DNA of 32,000 nt from Akkermansia muciniphila ATCC BAA-835. GTDB taxonomy: Bacteria; Verrucomicrobiota; Verrucomicrobiia; Verrucomicrobiales; Akkermansiaceae. Positions 9,206 to 19,360 of this stretch are shown piece after piece. The notes below the pieces were generated by a model. It was not told the origin of the DNA, ran no database searches, and saw only the letters and a program-made list of their open reading frames with translations. Each line of letters starts with the position of its first letter. Position 1 is the first letter of the stretch. The stretch lies in contig NC_010655.1 in assembly GCF_000020225.1 (NCBI RefSeq), positions 2,070,001-2,102,000 of the forward strand. The letters run 5' to 3'. The translations under genes were made by a program, and so were the position numbers.

Positions 9206-9222
9206 AAACCTTTCTTTTTTTA

Positions 9223-9256
9223 AGAGCCTGCATCTCCATGGTGCAGGCTCTTTTTC
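9223..9256 (+). terminator. rho-independent terminator after tRNA-Ser
   Basis: 10-bp stem AGAGCCTGCA (9223-9232) / TGCAGGCTCT (9242-9251) followed by TTTTT. Confidence 0.75.
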
Positions 9257-9764
9257 TTTGCAAGCCAGGGGATTAGATGCTGGGTAATTATTTGCTGGTC
9301 TGATTGTCTTATTTTAGTTTTTTATTTTTTCATTTGAAGTTGAATAACTTATACAAAAAACGCCGGTTAGGATGCCTAGTCAGCGTTTTTTCTAATATCC
9401 TTATTATAGGCATCAGGATAATTATAGGTGCATTTGAAAAAAGGTCTGGACTGGAACCCGTCCCTACGGGTGTTTTTTGTTCATGATGATATAAAATTTT
9501 GAATGTACGTCAGTTGTTGCAGGAGATGGATAGGATAAAACTGCCGTGGCTGGTAAAAGTGGAGAGTGCCCGGTGTTGAATGGACACGAACGTGGTTCAT
9601 GCGCCGGCCTCGGAGTGGTTCACGACTGCACCAGATATGTTAACAGATTCATAATGTGTGGGAAAGGATGGAACAGCCACTTCAGAATGGGCTCTGTCTT
9701 TTTTTTAATCTGCGGAAGATTTAACGGATTTTGGAATAATCTGGTGTTATCAATAATCAAGACC

Positions 9765-10487
9765 ATGAATAACAATATTGAAGAACATCCTATCCAATTT
9801 GAAGCAGATATGATTCGGGCATTGCTGCAGGAATACAGCACTCCCGGCGAGTACAAAAATCAAACCCGCCGCACAAGCGGCCTGAACCAGTTTAATGAAC
9901 TCCCTGAAGCTTTGAAAGAAAGAGGGTGGGAGATTCAGGAATTCATAGAAGAGTCCGGCTTGTGGCTGGCTGTTTCCGAGGAAGGAAGCGGAAAGTTTTC
10001 AGATATTTTTATCCCGTGGATTGAATGTCCCTACGGGAAAGTTGGCGACCGTTTGTGGGTGCAGGAGGAGATTTGCCATAATAGCCGTTCTGGATGGCTT
10101 TATTCTGCTGATGGCGTTTGTTTGCCAATGTCATATCCAGACGGATGGATATTAGAAGATGCCCGCAGGCAGTTTATTCCTTCGATCCACATGCCGCGTT
10201 GGGCTTCCCGGATTTTACTGGAAATTACGGAAATCAGAGTTGAGCGGCTTTTGGACATTACGACGAACGATGCACGGATGGAGGGCATTGAATGCGTCTG
10301 GAACGATGAAGAAACGGATGCCTGTTTATGGAGGGATTACTCGGGAAAATCTGCGGGGTTGGCTTTTGCCCGGTTATCTTTCTTTTCCTTGTGGGAAAAA
10401 ATAAAGGGAACCGGTTCCGTTGAACTGAATCCGTGGGTATGGGTTATTAAGTTCAATGTGTTAACTATCAACGGAAATATCAAATAA
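9765..10487 (+). CDS. phage-type conserved hypothetical protein (ASCH-like family commonly carried by prophages)
   Basis: The ORF track gives 9546..10487. I prefer the internal ATG at 9765 (MNNNIEEHPIQFEADMIRALL..KNQTRR), because the family as I remember it starts there. Remembered family hallmarks are PYGKVGDRLWVQEE and PSIHMPRWASRILLEITEIRVERLLDIT..DARMEG. It sits in an AT-rich tract next to tRNA-Ser. Confidence 0.6.
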   Translation: MNNNIEEHPIQFEADMIRALLQEYSTPGEYKNQTRRTSGLNQFNELPEALKERGWEIQEFIEESGLWLAVSEEGSGKFSDIFIPWIECPYGKVGDRLWVQEEICHNSRSGWLYSADGVCLPMSYPDGWILEDARRQFIPSIHMPRWASRILLEITEIRVERLLDITTNDARMEGIECVWNDEETDACLWRDYSGKSAGLAFARLSFFSLWEKIKGTGSVELNPWVWVIKFNVLTINGNIK

Positions 10488-10622
10488 AGAATGTTAATGT
10501 CCTTTGTGAAGAACAAAATAAGAATATGTCTTTTACAGAGGGGGCGCCCACTAAGCGGAGGGAATAGCTTCCGTTGCAATTCAGATAAAATCCGCGTGAT
10601 GTAGTCAACTCCGTTTTATCAT

Positions 10623-10654
10623 AAAAAAAGCGCCTTCCGGCAAGGGAAGGCGCT
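10623..10654 (-). terminator. rho-independent terminator after sucD
   Basis: Stem AGCGCCTTCC (10629-10638) / GGAAGGCGCT (10645-10654). On the minus strand it is followed by a T7 run (complement of AAAAAAA 10623-10629). Confidence 0.75.
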
Positions 10655-10684
10655 GGATATGAAAAGGTGAAAAAGAGGGGGGGG

Positions 10685-11572
10685 TTACATCCCCTTGTTT
10701 TTCATGGCTTCCGCCAGGGCGGCACCCATCTGAGCCGGTGTCTTGGCAACTACAATACCGGCGTTCTTCAGGGCTTCCTGCTTAGCGGCGGCAGTACCTT
10801 TGCCTCCGGCAACGATGGCTCCTGCATGGCCCATGCGGCGGCCCTTGGGCGCCGTGGCTCCTGCGATGAACGCGGCAACAGGTTTTTTGCAGTTGTTCTT
10901 GATCCATTCAGCAGCTTCTTCTTCTTCGGAACCGCCGATTTCGCCAATCATGATGAAGGCGTCCGTGTTCGGGTCTTCCGTGAAGAATTGCACGGCCTGC
11001 TGCTGGGTCATGCCATGGACAGGGTCGCCGCCGATGCCGATGCACATGCTCTGGCCAAGGCCCATGTTGGTAACCTGCCAGACGGCTTCATAGGTAAGCG
11101 TTCCGGAACGGGAGACAATACCGATTCTGCCGGGTTTGAAAATGTAGGCCGGCATGATGCCGATCTTGCAGTTGGCGGAAGGATTGACAATTCCTGGGCA
11201 GTTCGGGCCGATGAGAGTCACGTCCTTGTCCTTCAGGAAAGTTTTCACCTTCTGCATGTCCTGCACAGGAATACCTTCCGTGATGCAGACGATGAGCTTC
11301 ACGCCCGCGTCCGCGGCTTCCATGATGGCGTCCGCAGCGAAGGGTGGGGGAACGAAGATCATGGAGGCGTTGCAGTCCGTGGCCTTTTTGGCTTCCGCTA
11401 CAGTATCGAAGACGGGGACCTTGCCTTCAAAGAGCTGGCCGCCCTTGCCGGGGGTCACGCCGGCGACGACGTTGGTGCCGAAGTCCATGCAGTTTTTGGC
11501 GTGGAATGCGCCGGCGCTGCCGGTGATGCCTTGCACGACCAGACGAGTGTTCTTGTCAATGAGAGATGTCAT
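10685..11572 (-). CDS. sucD: succinate--CoA ligase (ADP-forming) subunit alpha
   Basis: 295 aa: [48 protein letters not shown] (phosphohistidine loop). An unmistakable SucD. Confidence 0.97.
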   Translation of the reverse strand: MTSLIDKNTRLVVQGITGSAGAFHAKNCMDFGTNVVAGVTPGKGGQLFEGKVPVFDTVAEAKKATDCNASMIFVPPPFAADAIMEAADAGVKLIVCITEGIPVQDMQKVKTFLKDKDVTLIGPNCPGIVNPSANCKIGIMPAYIFKPGRIGIVSRSGTLTYEAVWQVTNMGLGQSMCIGIGGDPVHGMTQQQAVQFFTEDPNTDAFIMIGEIGGSEEEEAAEWIKNNCKKPVAAFIAGATAPKGRRMGHAGAIVAGGKGTAAAKQEALKNAGIVVAKTPAQMGAALAEAMKNKGM

Positions 11573-11593
11573 TGTCGTAATAAATAGTGAGGG

Positions 11594-12775
11594 TTATTTG
11601 ACTGCTGCCACCGCTTTCTGGGCGGCTTCGTCCAGGTTGTCGGCAGGGATGATGGCGATGCCGCTGTCTGCGAGGATTTTCTTGCCGATTTCCACGTTGG
11701 TGCCTTCCAGGCGGACGACGAGCGGGATTTTCATGTCGATGTTTTTCGCCGCGGCCACAATGCCCTGGGCGATGACGTCACAGCGCATGATGCCGCCGAA
11801 GATATTGACCAGAAGGGCCTTCACATTCTTGTCGCTGGTGAGGATGCGGAACGCATTAGTTACCATTTCCTCCGTGGCGGAACCGCCTACGTCCAGGAAG
11901 TTGGCGGGTTCTCCGCCGTAGTATTTGATGATGTCCATCGTGGCCATGGCCAGGCCGGCGCCGTTCACCATGCAGCCAATGTTGCCGTCCAGGCCGATGT
12001 AGTTCAGGTCGTACTTGCCGGCTTCCACTTCACGGGGGTCTTCTTCAGTTTCATCCCGCATTTCCATGATTTCCGGGTGGCGATACAGGGCGTTGTCGTC
12101 AAAATTGAATTTGGCGTCCAGGGCACACACGCGGTCATCTGTGGTGACTACCAGGGGGTTGATTTCCACCAGGGAGCAGTCCAGAGCGGTGAAAAGCTTG
12201 TAAACGTTGGTGATAAGCTTGGTGGCCTGGCGGAGCAGGGGGCCGGTCAGTTCCAGCGCCACGGCGATTTTGAGAGCCTGGAAAGGCAGGATGCCCAGCG
12301 CCGGATTAATGTGTTCGCGGATAATGGCTTCCGGGCGGGTGGCGGCCACTTCTTCAATGTCCATGCCGCCTTCCGTACTGGCCACGATAACGGGGCATTC
12401 CCGGGCGCGGTCCTGAAGGATAGCGAAGTAGCATTCCTTTTTGAGATCCACGGCTTCCGCCACCATGATTTTGCTGACCAGCTTGCCGGCTTCCCCGGTT
12501 TGCTTGGTGACCAGAACCTGGTTGAGCATTTTGCCGGCAACTTCTTCCACTTCTTCCACGGACTTGACGACGTGGACGCCTCCCTTAAAGCCGTTTTTGA
12601 AGGTGCCTTTACCACGGCCGCCAGCGTGTACCTGTGCCTTAACTACGTATTGGGAGAGGCCCATGTTCCGGGCCGTTTGTGCTGCTTCCTGAGCTGTGGA
12701 GGCGGCAATGCCCTTGGGGGTTGCCACGCCAAAACGCTCAAAGAGTTGTTTTGCTTGATATTCGTGAATGTTCAT
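11594..12775 (-). CDS. sucC: succinate--CoA ligase (ADP-forming) subunit beta
   Basis: The ORF extends to 12796, but the canonical N-terminus [12 protein letters not shown] starts at the ATG at 12775. ATP-grasp and ligase-CoA motifs are present throughout ([13 protein letters not shown].., [18 protein letters not shown]). A 21-nt gap separates it from sucD. Confidence 0.96.
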
Positions 12776-12976
12776 GACAGTGGGCCGTTTGGCCAAATGT
12801 TTGCGGAAGAAAGGCTAGGCCTATTTTTGGTGTCGGTCAAGGGAGAATGGTTTGGTCTTTTGATTTTTTGTCCGGAGGCGCCGTGAAGCCCTGTTGGAAA
12901 TCAAAGAGGACAGAAGGCTTGACTGCGTGCTTAAAGATTGGGAAACTTCCTTTCCGTTTTTCTGTAGAGACCTTTT

Positions 12977-14275
12977 ATGAAAATTTACCGTCCTTCCGAT
13001 ACCTGCTTTGACGAGATGAAGCGCCGGATGAACCGCCGCGCACTCCCGGAGGATTCCGTAAGGGATACCGTGAACGCTATTATCCGGGATGTTTCCGTGC
13101 GCGGAGATGAAGCCCTGTTTGATTATGCCGCCAGATTTGACAAGGCGCATCTGGATTCTTCCTCCCTGTTCGTAACGGAGGCAGAACTGGCGGAAGCGGA
13201 GGCCATGGTGGAGGAGTCTGTGAAGGAGGCCATTGCCGTTTCTCTGGCAAACATCCATTATTTTTCAGACCGCAGCCGCAGGCGGGACTGGTCCGGCGTG
13301 AATGCGCAGGGCGTGGAGGTAGCGGAGCGGTTCCTTCCGTACGACCGTGTGGGCATTTATATCCCCGGAGGAAAGGCTCCCCTGGTATCTACTTCCATCA
13401 TGACGGGCGGTTTTGCTCAGGCCGCCGGCGTGCGGGAGATTGTGGCCGCCACGCCCTGCGGGCCGGACGGCCGGGTGAATCCCGCGCTTTTGTATGCGCT
13501 GAAAGCCTCCGGCGCAACGGAGATTGTCAAGATAGGGGGAGCCCAGGCGATAGCCGCCCTTGCGCTGGGGACGGAGAGCGTGAGACCGGTGGAGAAGATT
13601 TTTGGCCCCGGCAACCGTTTTGTGGTGGAGGCCAAGCGTCAGTTGGTGGGGGCCGTTGCCATTGATTTGCTGCCCGGCCCCAGTGAAGTAATGGTGCTGG
13701 CAGATGATACTGCGGATGCGGAGTTCCTTGCTGCCGACCTGCTGGCGCAGGGCGAGCATGGCCCGGACAGCGTAGTTGTTTTTGTCACCACATCGAAAGC
13801 GTTATTGGAGCAGGTGGAGGCGGAAGTGGAACGCCAGGCCGCCCTGCTGAGCCGCGGGTCCATCATCCGGGAGGTGCTGGACAAGCATGCCTACGGTTTT
13901 CTGGTTTCTTCCATTCAGGAAGGGGTGGAACTGGTTAATGCTTTTGCGCCGGAACATTTGGTGCTCGTCACGAGGGATGAAGAAGCCGTGCTGAATGGCA
14001 TCAGGACGGCGGGAGCCATTTACGCAGGCTCCCTTTCTACTGTAGCCTGCGGGGATTTTCTGGCGGGTCCCAGCCATACGCTGCCTACCGGCGGCGCCGG
14101 CAAGTCTTTTTCCGGCTTGCGGGCGGATCAGTTCCAGCGCCGCACCAGCGTGGTGCGCATGGACCGGAATGCCGTGCTGAACTCCGCCCCGTATGTGGCA
14201 GAGTTCGCCCGGGTGGAGGGGCTGGACGCCCACAACCACTCCATTCAGGTTCGCGCCGCCCGTGTGGACCGGTAA
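12977..14275 (+). CDS. hisD: histidinol dehydrogenase
   Basis: 432 aa with HisD blocks: IYIPGGKAPLVSTSIM, GPGNRFV, AGPSEVMVLAD, DLLAQGEHGPDS, APEHL, GDFLAGPSHTLPTGG. Confidence 0.95.
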   Translation: MKIYRPSDTCFDEMKRRMNRRALPEDSVRDTVNAIIRDVSVRGDEALFDYAARFDKAHLDSSSLFVTEAELAEAEAMVEESVKEAIAVSLANIHYFSDRSRRRDWSGVNAQGVEVAERFLPYDRVGIYIPGGKAPLVSTSIMTGGFAQAAGVREIVAATPCGPDGRVNPALLYALKASGATEIVKIGGAQAIAALALGTESVRPVEKIFGPGNRFVVEAKRQLVGAVAIDLLPGPSEVMVLADDTADAEFLAADLLAQGEHGPDSVVVFVTTSKALLEQVEAEVERQAALLSRGSIIREVLDKHAYGFLVSSIQEGVELVNAFAPEHLVLVTRDEEAVLNGIRTAGAIYAGSLSTVACGDFLAGPSHTLPTGGAGKSFSGLRADQFQRRTSVVRMDRNAVLNSAPYVAEFARVEGLDAHNHSIQVRAARVDR

Positions 14276-14537
14276 TTCCGGATTTTTCCAATTCTCTCCA
14301 TGATGCAACAGCGGGGAACCAGGGAACGGTTGCCAATTGCAGCAGGTCTCCTTATTGCCGGACATGGCGATATGGGCGTTTCCCGGCATCATGGGGGTGG
14401 AGTGACGTCGTCTGTTGAGAGCATGGTAACCGGCTTGCCGATTCATTTGCGAGATTTGTCGGGATGGAACGCTCATCGGATGGGAGGTTTCATCCATTTG
14501 CTCGAAAATCCCGCGTAATCGTTTCACCGCATTTCTC

Positions 14538-15434
14538 ATGTTCAAGTCCCTCATCCGCACGTTTGCCATTGTGGCGGCCTTCATCGCGGGGTACATGATG
14601 CCCGGTCTGCATGTGTACAGTTGGATGTTCAAGTGGATGCTGATTGTGATGCTGTTCGTAACCTTTCTGGGCATCCGCTTCAAACGCATGAAGCCGGAAC
14701 GGGCTCACTGGCTCCTGACGGGGGCTAATCTGATGGTCGCCTTGGCGGCATGGGGTGTGTGCCGCCTTGTTTTTGGGGATGGGTATCTGGCACAGGCCGC
14801 TTTTTTCGTAGGTATCATGCCTACAGCCACGGCGGCTCCCGTGGTGATGGGGTTGCTGGGCGGCAGCGTGGAGTTTATGCTGACCGCCCTTTTGCTGATT
14901 AACGGTATTATCTGCGCCCTGCTGCCTTTCATCCTGCCGGCGGTTGTTGGGCGGGGCGGTTTTGAGATTTATCTGAACGTGGCCCAGAATATTTCCTTGG
15001 TCATGTTGCTTCCCCTGGCGCTGGCGCTGGCGGCGCGGCGTTTTTATCCGCGCGCCATTGCCTGGCCCAGGAAGTTGAAAGACGTCACTTTTGGCATTTG
15101 GGTGGTGATTCTGGTTTTGATAGCCGCAAACGCCTCTTATGATATTTCCTCCCGTGAGGGCATTTCGGAACGTGTTTTGGAACAGATTGGCGTGATGGCC
15201 TTGCTGGTTTGCGGGTTCAATTTCGGGTTGGGATATTTGCTGGGGGGGCGCACGCGCGCTGCGGAGTGCAGCCAGGCATTAGGGCAGAAGAATACCACCC
15301 TGTCCATTTATCTGGCTTTGACGTATGCCAGCCCCATTGCCGCTCTGGGCCCCACGTTTTATGTACTGTGGCATAATTTATGGAATGCCTGGCAGTTGTA
15401 CCGCGTGTCCGAACGAAAGCGCAGGGATGGATGA
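14538..15434 (+). CDS. BASS/SBF-fold (bile acid:Na+ symporter family-like) membrane transporter
   Basis: 298 aa and polytopic. VGIMPTATAAPVVMGLLGGS and SQALGQKNTTLSIYLA line up with the two crossover-helix signatures of ASBT-type transporters (..CCPGGTASNV.. / ..EVGMQNSGLA..). Substrate unknown. Confidence 0.7.
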   Translation: MFKSLIRTFAIVAAFIAGYMMPGLHVYSWMFKWMLIVMLFVTFLGIRFKRMKPERAHWLLTGANLMVALAAWGVCRLVFGDGYLAQAAFFVGIMPTATAAPVVMGLLGGSVEFMLTALLLINGIICALLPFILPAVVGRGGFEIYLNVAQNISLVMLLPLALALAARRFYPRAIAWPRKLKDVTFGIWVVILVLIAANASYDISSREGISERVLEQIGVMALLVCGFNFGLGYLLGGRTRAAECSQALGQKNTTLSIYLALTYASPIAALGPTFYVLWHNLWNAWQLYRVSERKRRDG

Positions 15435-15653
15435 GGAAGGGGGGGCATCCGGTTCGGCGGAAGTCCCCGGCAGAATTATGGGGATTTCCATGGTCGGAAA
15501 AACGGGAGGGAGGGTTCTTTTGAGCCGGTTCCAAGTGACGGCTGGCAGATTGTTGAAGGTTCTTTTTTATCCACTTTCAGGAAAGGCAGAGGATTCCTTC
15601 CCGTGCAAAAAGCTTGAAATTCGGAGAACGCCCGGTAACGTTATGCACTTGTT

Positions 15654-17321
15654 ATGCAGGCGTCTTCTCCTTTGCCCCCTCTGTCCCCGCGTACCAAGTG
15701 GCTGATTGCCCTGTGCTTGTGCGTGCTTGTGATGTTGCTGGAGTTCCTGACGTACCACATGGCGTACCGCATCGGCTATGATGAAGGGATGCTGACTACT
15801 CCGCCGGTGGTGGTGCAGAAAAGCGATGAAAAGGCCATGCAGAATTTGTCCCGCTTCATGGCGGATGTTTTTGCTTCGCGCGAGAGCCTGGCCGGCATTC
15901 TGGACAACCGGGAGGAACGCCTTGCATGGATCAGGGATCCGGAACTGCGGACAGAAACTGCCTGGGGTCTCACCCGTGAGCTGATTAGCCGGGGTGGCGT
16001 CGTTCTTGCTCTTCCTGCGGCCAGGGAATTAATTGACGCCGGATACGCCGCCGGGCACTATCGGGTATGGGCTCCCCGTGCGGATGCCGTGGCAAAGGCT
16101 CTGTTGGCGGAGCACCAGTACACTTCCGCTTACGATTATTTGAAAACCGCTGAGGAGGGATATGAGAAGGAAGGAATGGCCGAGCCGCTGGTGCGGACGC
16201 TCCAGACCATGAGTTCCATTGACCAGATGCTGAACAGGAATGAACAGGCTAATATGTTGCTCCAGCGTGCGGTGGATGCCGCCGCGCATCTGGGGCCGGA
16301 TGCCCTCCCTGTCAGGTCCAGGCTTTTAGCCGCCCAGGGAAGGCTGGCACGTACTACGGGACGCATTCCTGAATCGCGCGAGTATTTCAAGAAGGCTCTG
16401 GCTCTTTGTCCTCAGCCGGACAAGACCACTGGAGACCTGGCCCTGGCCAGCATCAGCATGGGGGAGGCCATGCTGGAAGCCGGCAGGAAGGATGAGGCAC
16501 GGGAATTGTTTTTAAAGGGCCTTTCCGGTTCGGAAAATGCCTCTTACCTGTTGAACGACTGCCTCAATGCCCTGCGCGGCCTGGCCCGTATTTCTACGGA
16601 GCAGGGGAATTATGAGGAGGCCCTGGCTTATCTTTACCAGGCGGAAGGCGCTGCCCGCGGCGTGCTGCCGGCGGACCATGCCTTTTGGGCCGGGTTGTAT
16701 GATCAGAGGGGGTGGGTCAACATCTTGCGCAAGGCCTCTCCGGAAGCCCGGGCGGATTTTTTAAAGGCCATTGCCAACAGCTCGGCTTCTCCCGTCATTT
16801 CCGCCCAGTCCCGCGAAGGGCTGGGCAAGGCATGGCTGGATGCCGGGGAGGGGGGCAAGGCCAGGGAGAACCTGGAAAAGGCTCTTCAGTTGCGGAAGTC
16901 CCATTTCGCCTCGGATCTTCTGTCCCTGGGCCGCGTATATTATTCCCTGGGGCTTGCCAGCGATATGGCGGGGGACAGGGAGGGCGCCCTGATTGCCTAT
17001 GCCGGAGCGGTGGATTCCCTGCTGAAATGCGTGGAGGGGGCGGAACGCAGGGATTTGCTGGTTCAGTCTTATTTATGTAAGGCGTACGCTCTGTGTGACG
17101 GAGAACAATGGAAGGAGGCGGCAGAGGCTTTTGAGGCGGTTCTTCCCATGCTGGAAGGGGAACAGAGGTCGGAGAATTACAAACAGCTTGGACGCTGTTA
17201 TGACGAACTGGGCATGAAGGAGAAAGCGGATGACTGCTGGAAGGAATCCGGTTTTCCCCGGGTGCGCATGGCATCCCCCGGGCGCAGACCCTCCGTGAAC
17301 TCCAGATCTTCACGGAGGTAG
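15654..17321 (+). CDS. membrane-anchored TPR-repeat protein
   Basis: 555 aa with one N-terminal TM helix (WLIALCLCVLVMLLEFL), then repeated TPR-like A/L/Y-rich helical pairs (..YEEALAYLYQAEG.., ..GKARENLEKALQL..). Confidence 0.75.
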   Translation: MQASSPLPPLSPRTKWLIALCLCVLVMLLEFLTYHMAYRIGYDEGMLTTPPVVVQKSDEKAMQNLSRFMADVFASRESLAGILDNREERLAWIRDPELRTETAWGLTRELISRGGVVLALPAARELIDAGYAAGHYRVWAPRADAVAKALLAEHQYTSAYDYLKTAEEGYEKEGMAEPLVRTLQTMSSIDQMLNRNEQANMLLQRAVDAAAHLGPDALPVRSRLLAAQGRLARTTGRIPESREYFKKALALCPQPDKTTGDLALASISMGEAMLEAGRKDEARELFLKGLSGSENASYLLNDCLNALRGLARISTEQGNYEEALAYLYQAEGAARGVLPADHAFWAGLYDQRGWVNILRKASPEARADFLKAIANSSASPVISAQSREGLGKAWLDAGEGGKARENLEKALQLRKSHFASDLLSLGRVYYSLGLASDMAGDREGALIAYAGAVDSLLKCVEGAERRDLLVQSYLCKAYALCDGEQWKEAAEAFEAVLPMLEGEQRSENYKQLGRCYDELGMKEKADDCWKESGFPRVRMASPGRRPSVNSRSSRR

Positions 17322-17398
17322 GATGCGAGGGGCTTCGTAAGACGTTGCGAGGCGTTTATTTTGCTTGATTTGTGCCGTCTTTTTGGCTCAATGCCTGC

Positions 17399-18991
17399 AT
17401 GAGTTCCGAGCGCCATTTTTCCAGTAAGCCCTACCGCCCCGCACGCAAGAAAAAGTCTTATTGGAAGCCGGTCCTCTTTTTGATCCTCCTGGGAGGACTC
17501 TGGTTCGGTTATATCCAGTACTGGCCTACGATAGAAGGGTGGTTCAAGCCGACCATCCATGAAGTGCACAGCCAGACGCAGGCCATGGGGCATTTGCAGG
17601 ATATGCTGGCTTCATGGAACGGTTCCGATGCAGAGCTGGCGCAGATGGCATCCTCCGTGGACAAGCAGGTGGAATGGATGAATTCTCCCGAAGCCAGAGA
17701 TTCCTTTGCATGGCTTCTGGCGGTGGAAATGGACCGGCGCGGCATGCTGAAAGAATCCGAACCTATGCTGGCTGCTCTTCTGGAAAAAAAGCTGGCTGCT
17801 TCCTCCTCCATGGCGGCGGAGGACCATACCCGCCTTCTGGGCGTCAGCCTGAACTGGGCGCGGGAATTCGCCCGCCGCAAGCATGATGCTGTGGCGGAAA
17901 AGCTTTATGAAGTGATTTTGAAAAATACGCCGGAAGACCAGGTTTCCATCCGTTTAGCGTGCTTGGAGCCATTAATCCATTATGCGTACGACCAGGCCAG
18001 GTTTGAGCGTTTTTCCGCGTTGTGCAAGCAGGCTGTTTCTCCTGTCATGAGGAGCATGCTGAATAAGCCGGAGGATGTGAAGAGCATGGTGAAAATCCTG
18101 TTGCTTCAGGATACCCTGCCAGACAAGACCACCGGGTTGCCCGGTGGCACAGGGAGTGCGATTGCACGGGAGCTTCTTACTAAATTCCGCCTGACCGCCA
18201 ATCCGGACATGGGCCGCATTATTCTGAATGAATTGAAGATGCCGCTGAACACGCGCCGGAAGTATTCCCAGGAGGAATTGAAGACCATGGCCGACCAGCT
18301 GGAAGCGGCCCTGATTTGCTTCCGTGCAGCTGAAACGGAGATGGACTGCACGCCGGAGACAATGCTTGCCTTGGCACGGGTAAGGATGCAGATGGGGGAT
18401 TTGAGAGAGGCCTCCCGCCTGCTGTCCCGTGCAGAAGGGGCAGCCATGACGCTTGGCGTGGATGCTCCCCGTATTTTGAGCGGCTCCAGCCTGAGCCAGG
18501 ATATTGCGTCCATGCGGTCCCAGCTTGAAAAATACAGCCAGGCAGAGGCTTTGGTGAAACGGGCTTATGAAGATGTGAATGTTGCCGCAGCTTTCCTGAA
18601 GGCGCGGGATTACGATCAGGCGGTGAAGTATCTGGAGCAGGCAATGAAAGTGGCTCGTGAAAATACCACGTTTGTTCAGGCTCTTCAGCCGGTCATTCTG
18701 AATCTTCAGGCGGAGATAAGCGCCGGCAGGGAACAATGGGCTCTGTCGGAGTCCCAATATGGAAAGTTGATTGCGGAGTGGGATGCGTTGACTCCGGAAG
18801 ATAAGGAAAAACTCCGGAACAATCTGGCCTCCATCCAGTTGGGAGAGCTTTACAATGAAATTCACCGCAACTGGGCTGGTGTGTGCCTCAAGCAAAAACG
18901 AACCACAGAGGCCCGCAGGGTGCTGGGGAAGATAGGAGAGGTGCCGGCTGAAGAACCGGAGAGGCCTGCTTCGCGCCGACGCCGCAGATAG
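17399..18991 (+). CDS. membrane-anchored TPR-like protein, diverged paralog of the preceding gene
   Basis: The ORF is open from GTG 17372 and the first in-frame ATG is at 17399 (MSSERHFSSKP..). It has a basic stretch then a TM helix (VLFLILLGGLWFGYIQYW). The juxtamembrane block VEWMNSPEARDSFAWLLAVEMDRRG parallels LAWIRDPELRTETAWGLTRELISRG in the upstream protein. Confidence 0.7.
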   Translation: MSSERHFSSKPYRPARKKKSYWKPVLFLILLGGLWFGYIQYWPTIEGWFKPTIHEVHSQTQAMGHLQDMLASWNGSDAELAQMASSVDKQVEWMNSPEARDSFAWLLAVEMDRRGMLKESEPMLAALLEKKLAASSSMAAEDHTRLLGVSLNWAREFARRKHDAVAEKLYEVILKNTPEDQVSIRLACLEPLIHYAYDQARFERFSALCKQAVSPVMRSMLNKPEDVKSMVKILLLQDTLPDKTTGLPGGTGSAIARELLTKFRLTANPDMGRIILNELKMPLNTRRKYSQEELKTMADQLEAALICFRAAETEMDCTPETMLALARVRMQMGDLREASRLLSRAEGAAMTLGVDAPRILSGSSLSQDIASMRSQLEKYSQAEALVKRAYEDVNVAAAFLKARDYDQAVKYLEQAMKVARENTTFVQALQPVILNLQAEISAGREQWALSESQYGKLIAEWDALTPEDKEKLRNNLASIQLGELYNEIHRNWAGVCLKQKRTTEARRVLGKIGEVPAEEPERPASRRRRR

Positions 18992-19360
18992 CAGACCCCT
19001 TCCTTCAGTTAGGCCGTTCCTTTTTTGGAAAGGCAAAGTTCTCCATTGGCAGATGCCGGAGGGGCTCAGAGTTCCCAGAGGCTCCGGTCGGGAGCTTGAC
19101 CAAAGCGGGATACCTGCGGTCAGCTACGTGAGGCTGAAGGGGCTTTTTAAGGAAATGTGCCGCTTTAATCTCCCTTGGCGTCATCAAAGAGCTTTGGCAC
19201 AGGTTCCGTTTCCCTGTATCGACGGGTACCCGGCATTCCGGAGAGAAAAAATGGATTTTAGGTCCTCAACAAACTATATGCCTCTTTTTGGGGCAAATGT
19301 AACGTTTCCGGTATGCTCCATACTCTCAAGCAGAGCTGAAAAACAGCTTCTGCGGAACCT

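Noticed and set aside
9546-9764. The 73-codon N-terminal extension of the phage-type ORF given by the ORF track (MAGKSGECPVLNGHERG..)
   Set aside because: The extension is Cys/Gly/Phe-rich with no family similarity. The family as I remember it starts right at the ..IQF..M..ALL...K.QTRR block that follows the internal ATG at 9765.
10555-10565. A possible att direct repeat of the tRNA-Ser 3' end, which would delimit an island (GCGGAGGGAAT resembles the complement of ..ATCCCTCCCGC..)
   Set aside because: It is in the wrong (inverted) orientation for an attL/attR pair, only ~10 nt long and imperfect. It is most likely chance.
14276-14537. The 260-nt hisD-to-transporter spacer and the 220-nt spacer at 15435-15653 as possible riboswitches or leaders
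   Set aside because: I could not recognise any known riboswitch core or a convincing terminator/antiterminator pair by eye. This needs an Rfam scan before any claim.
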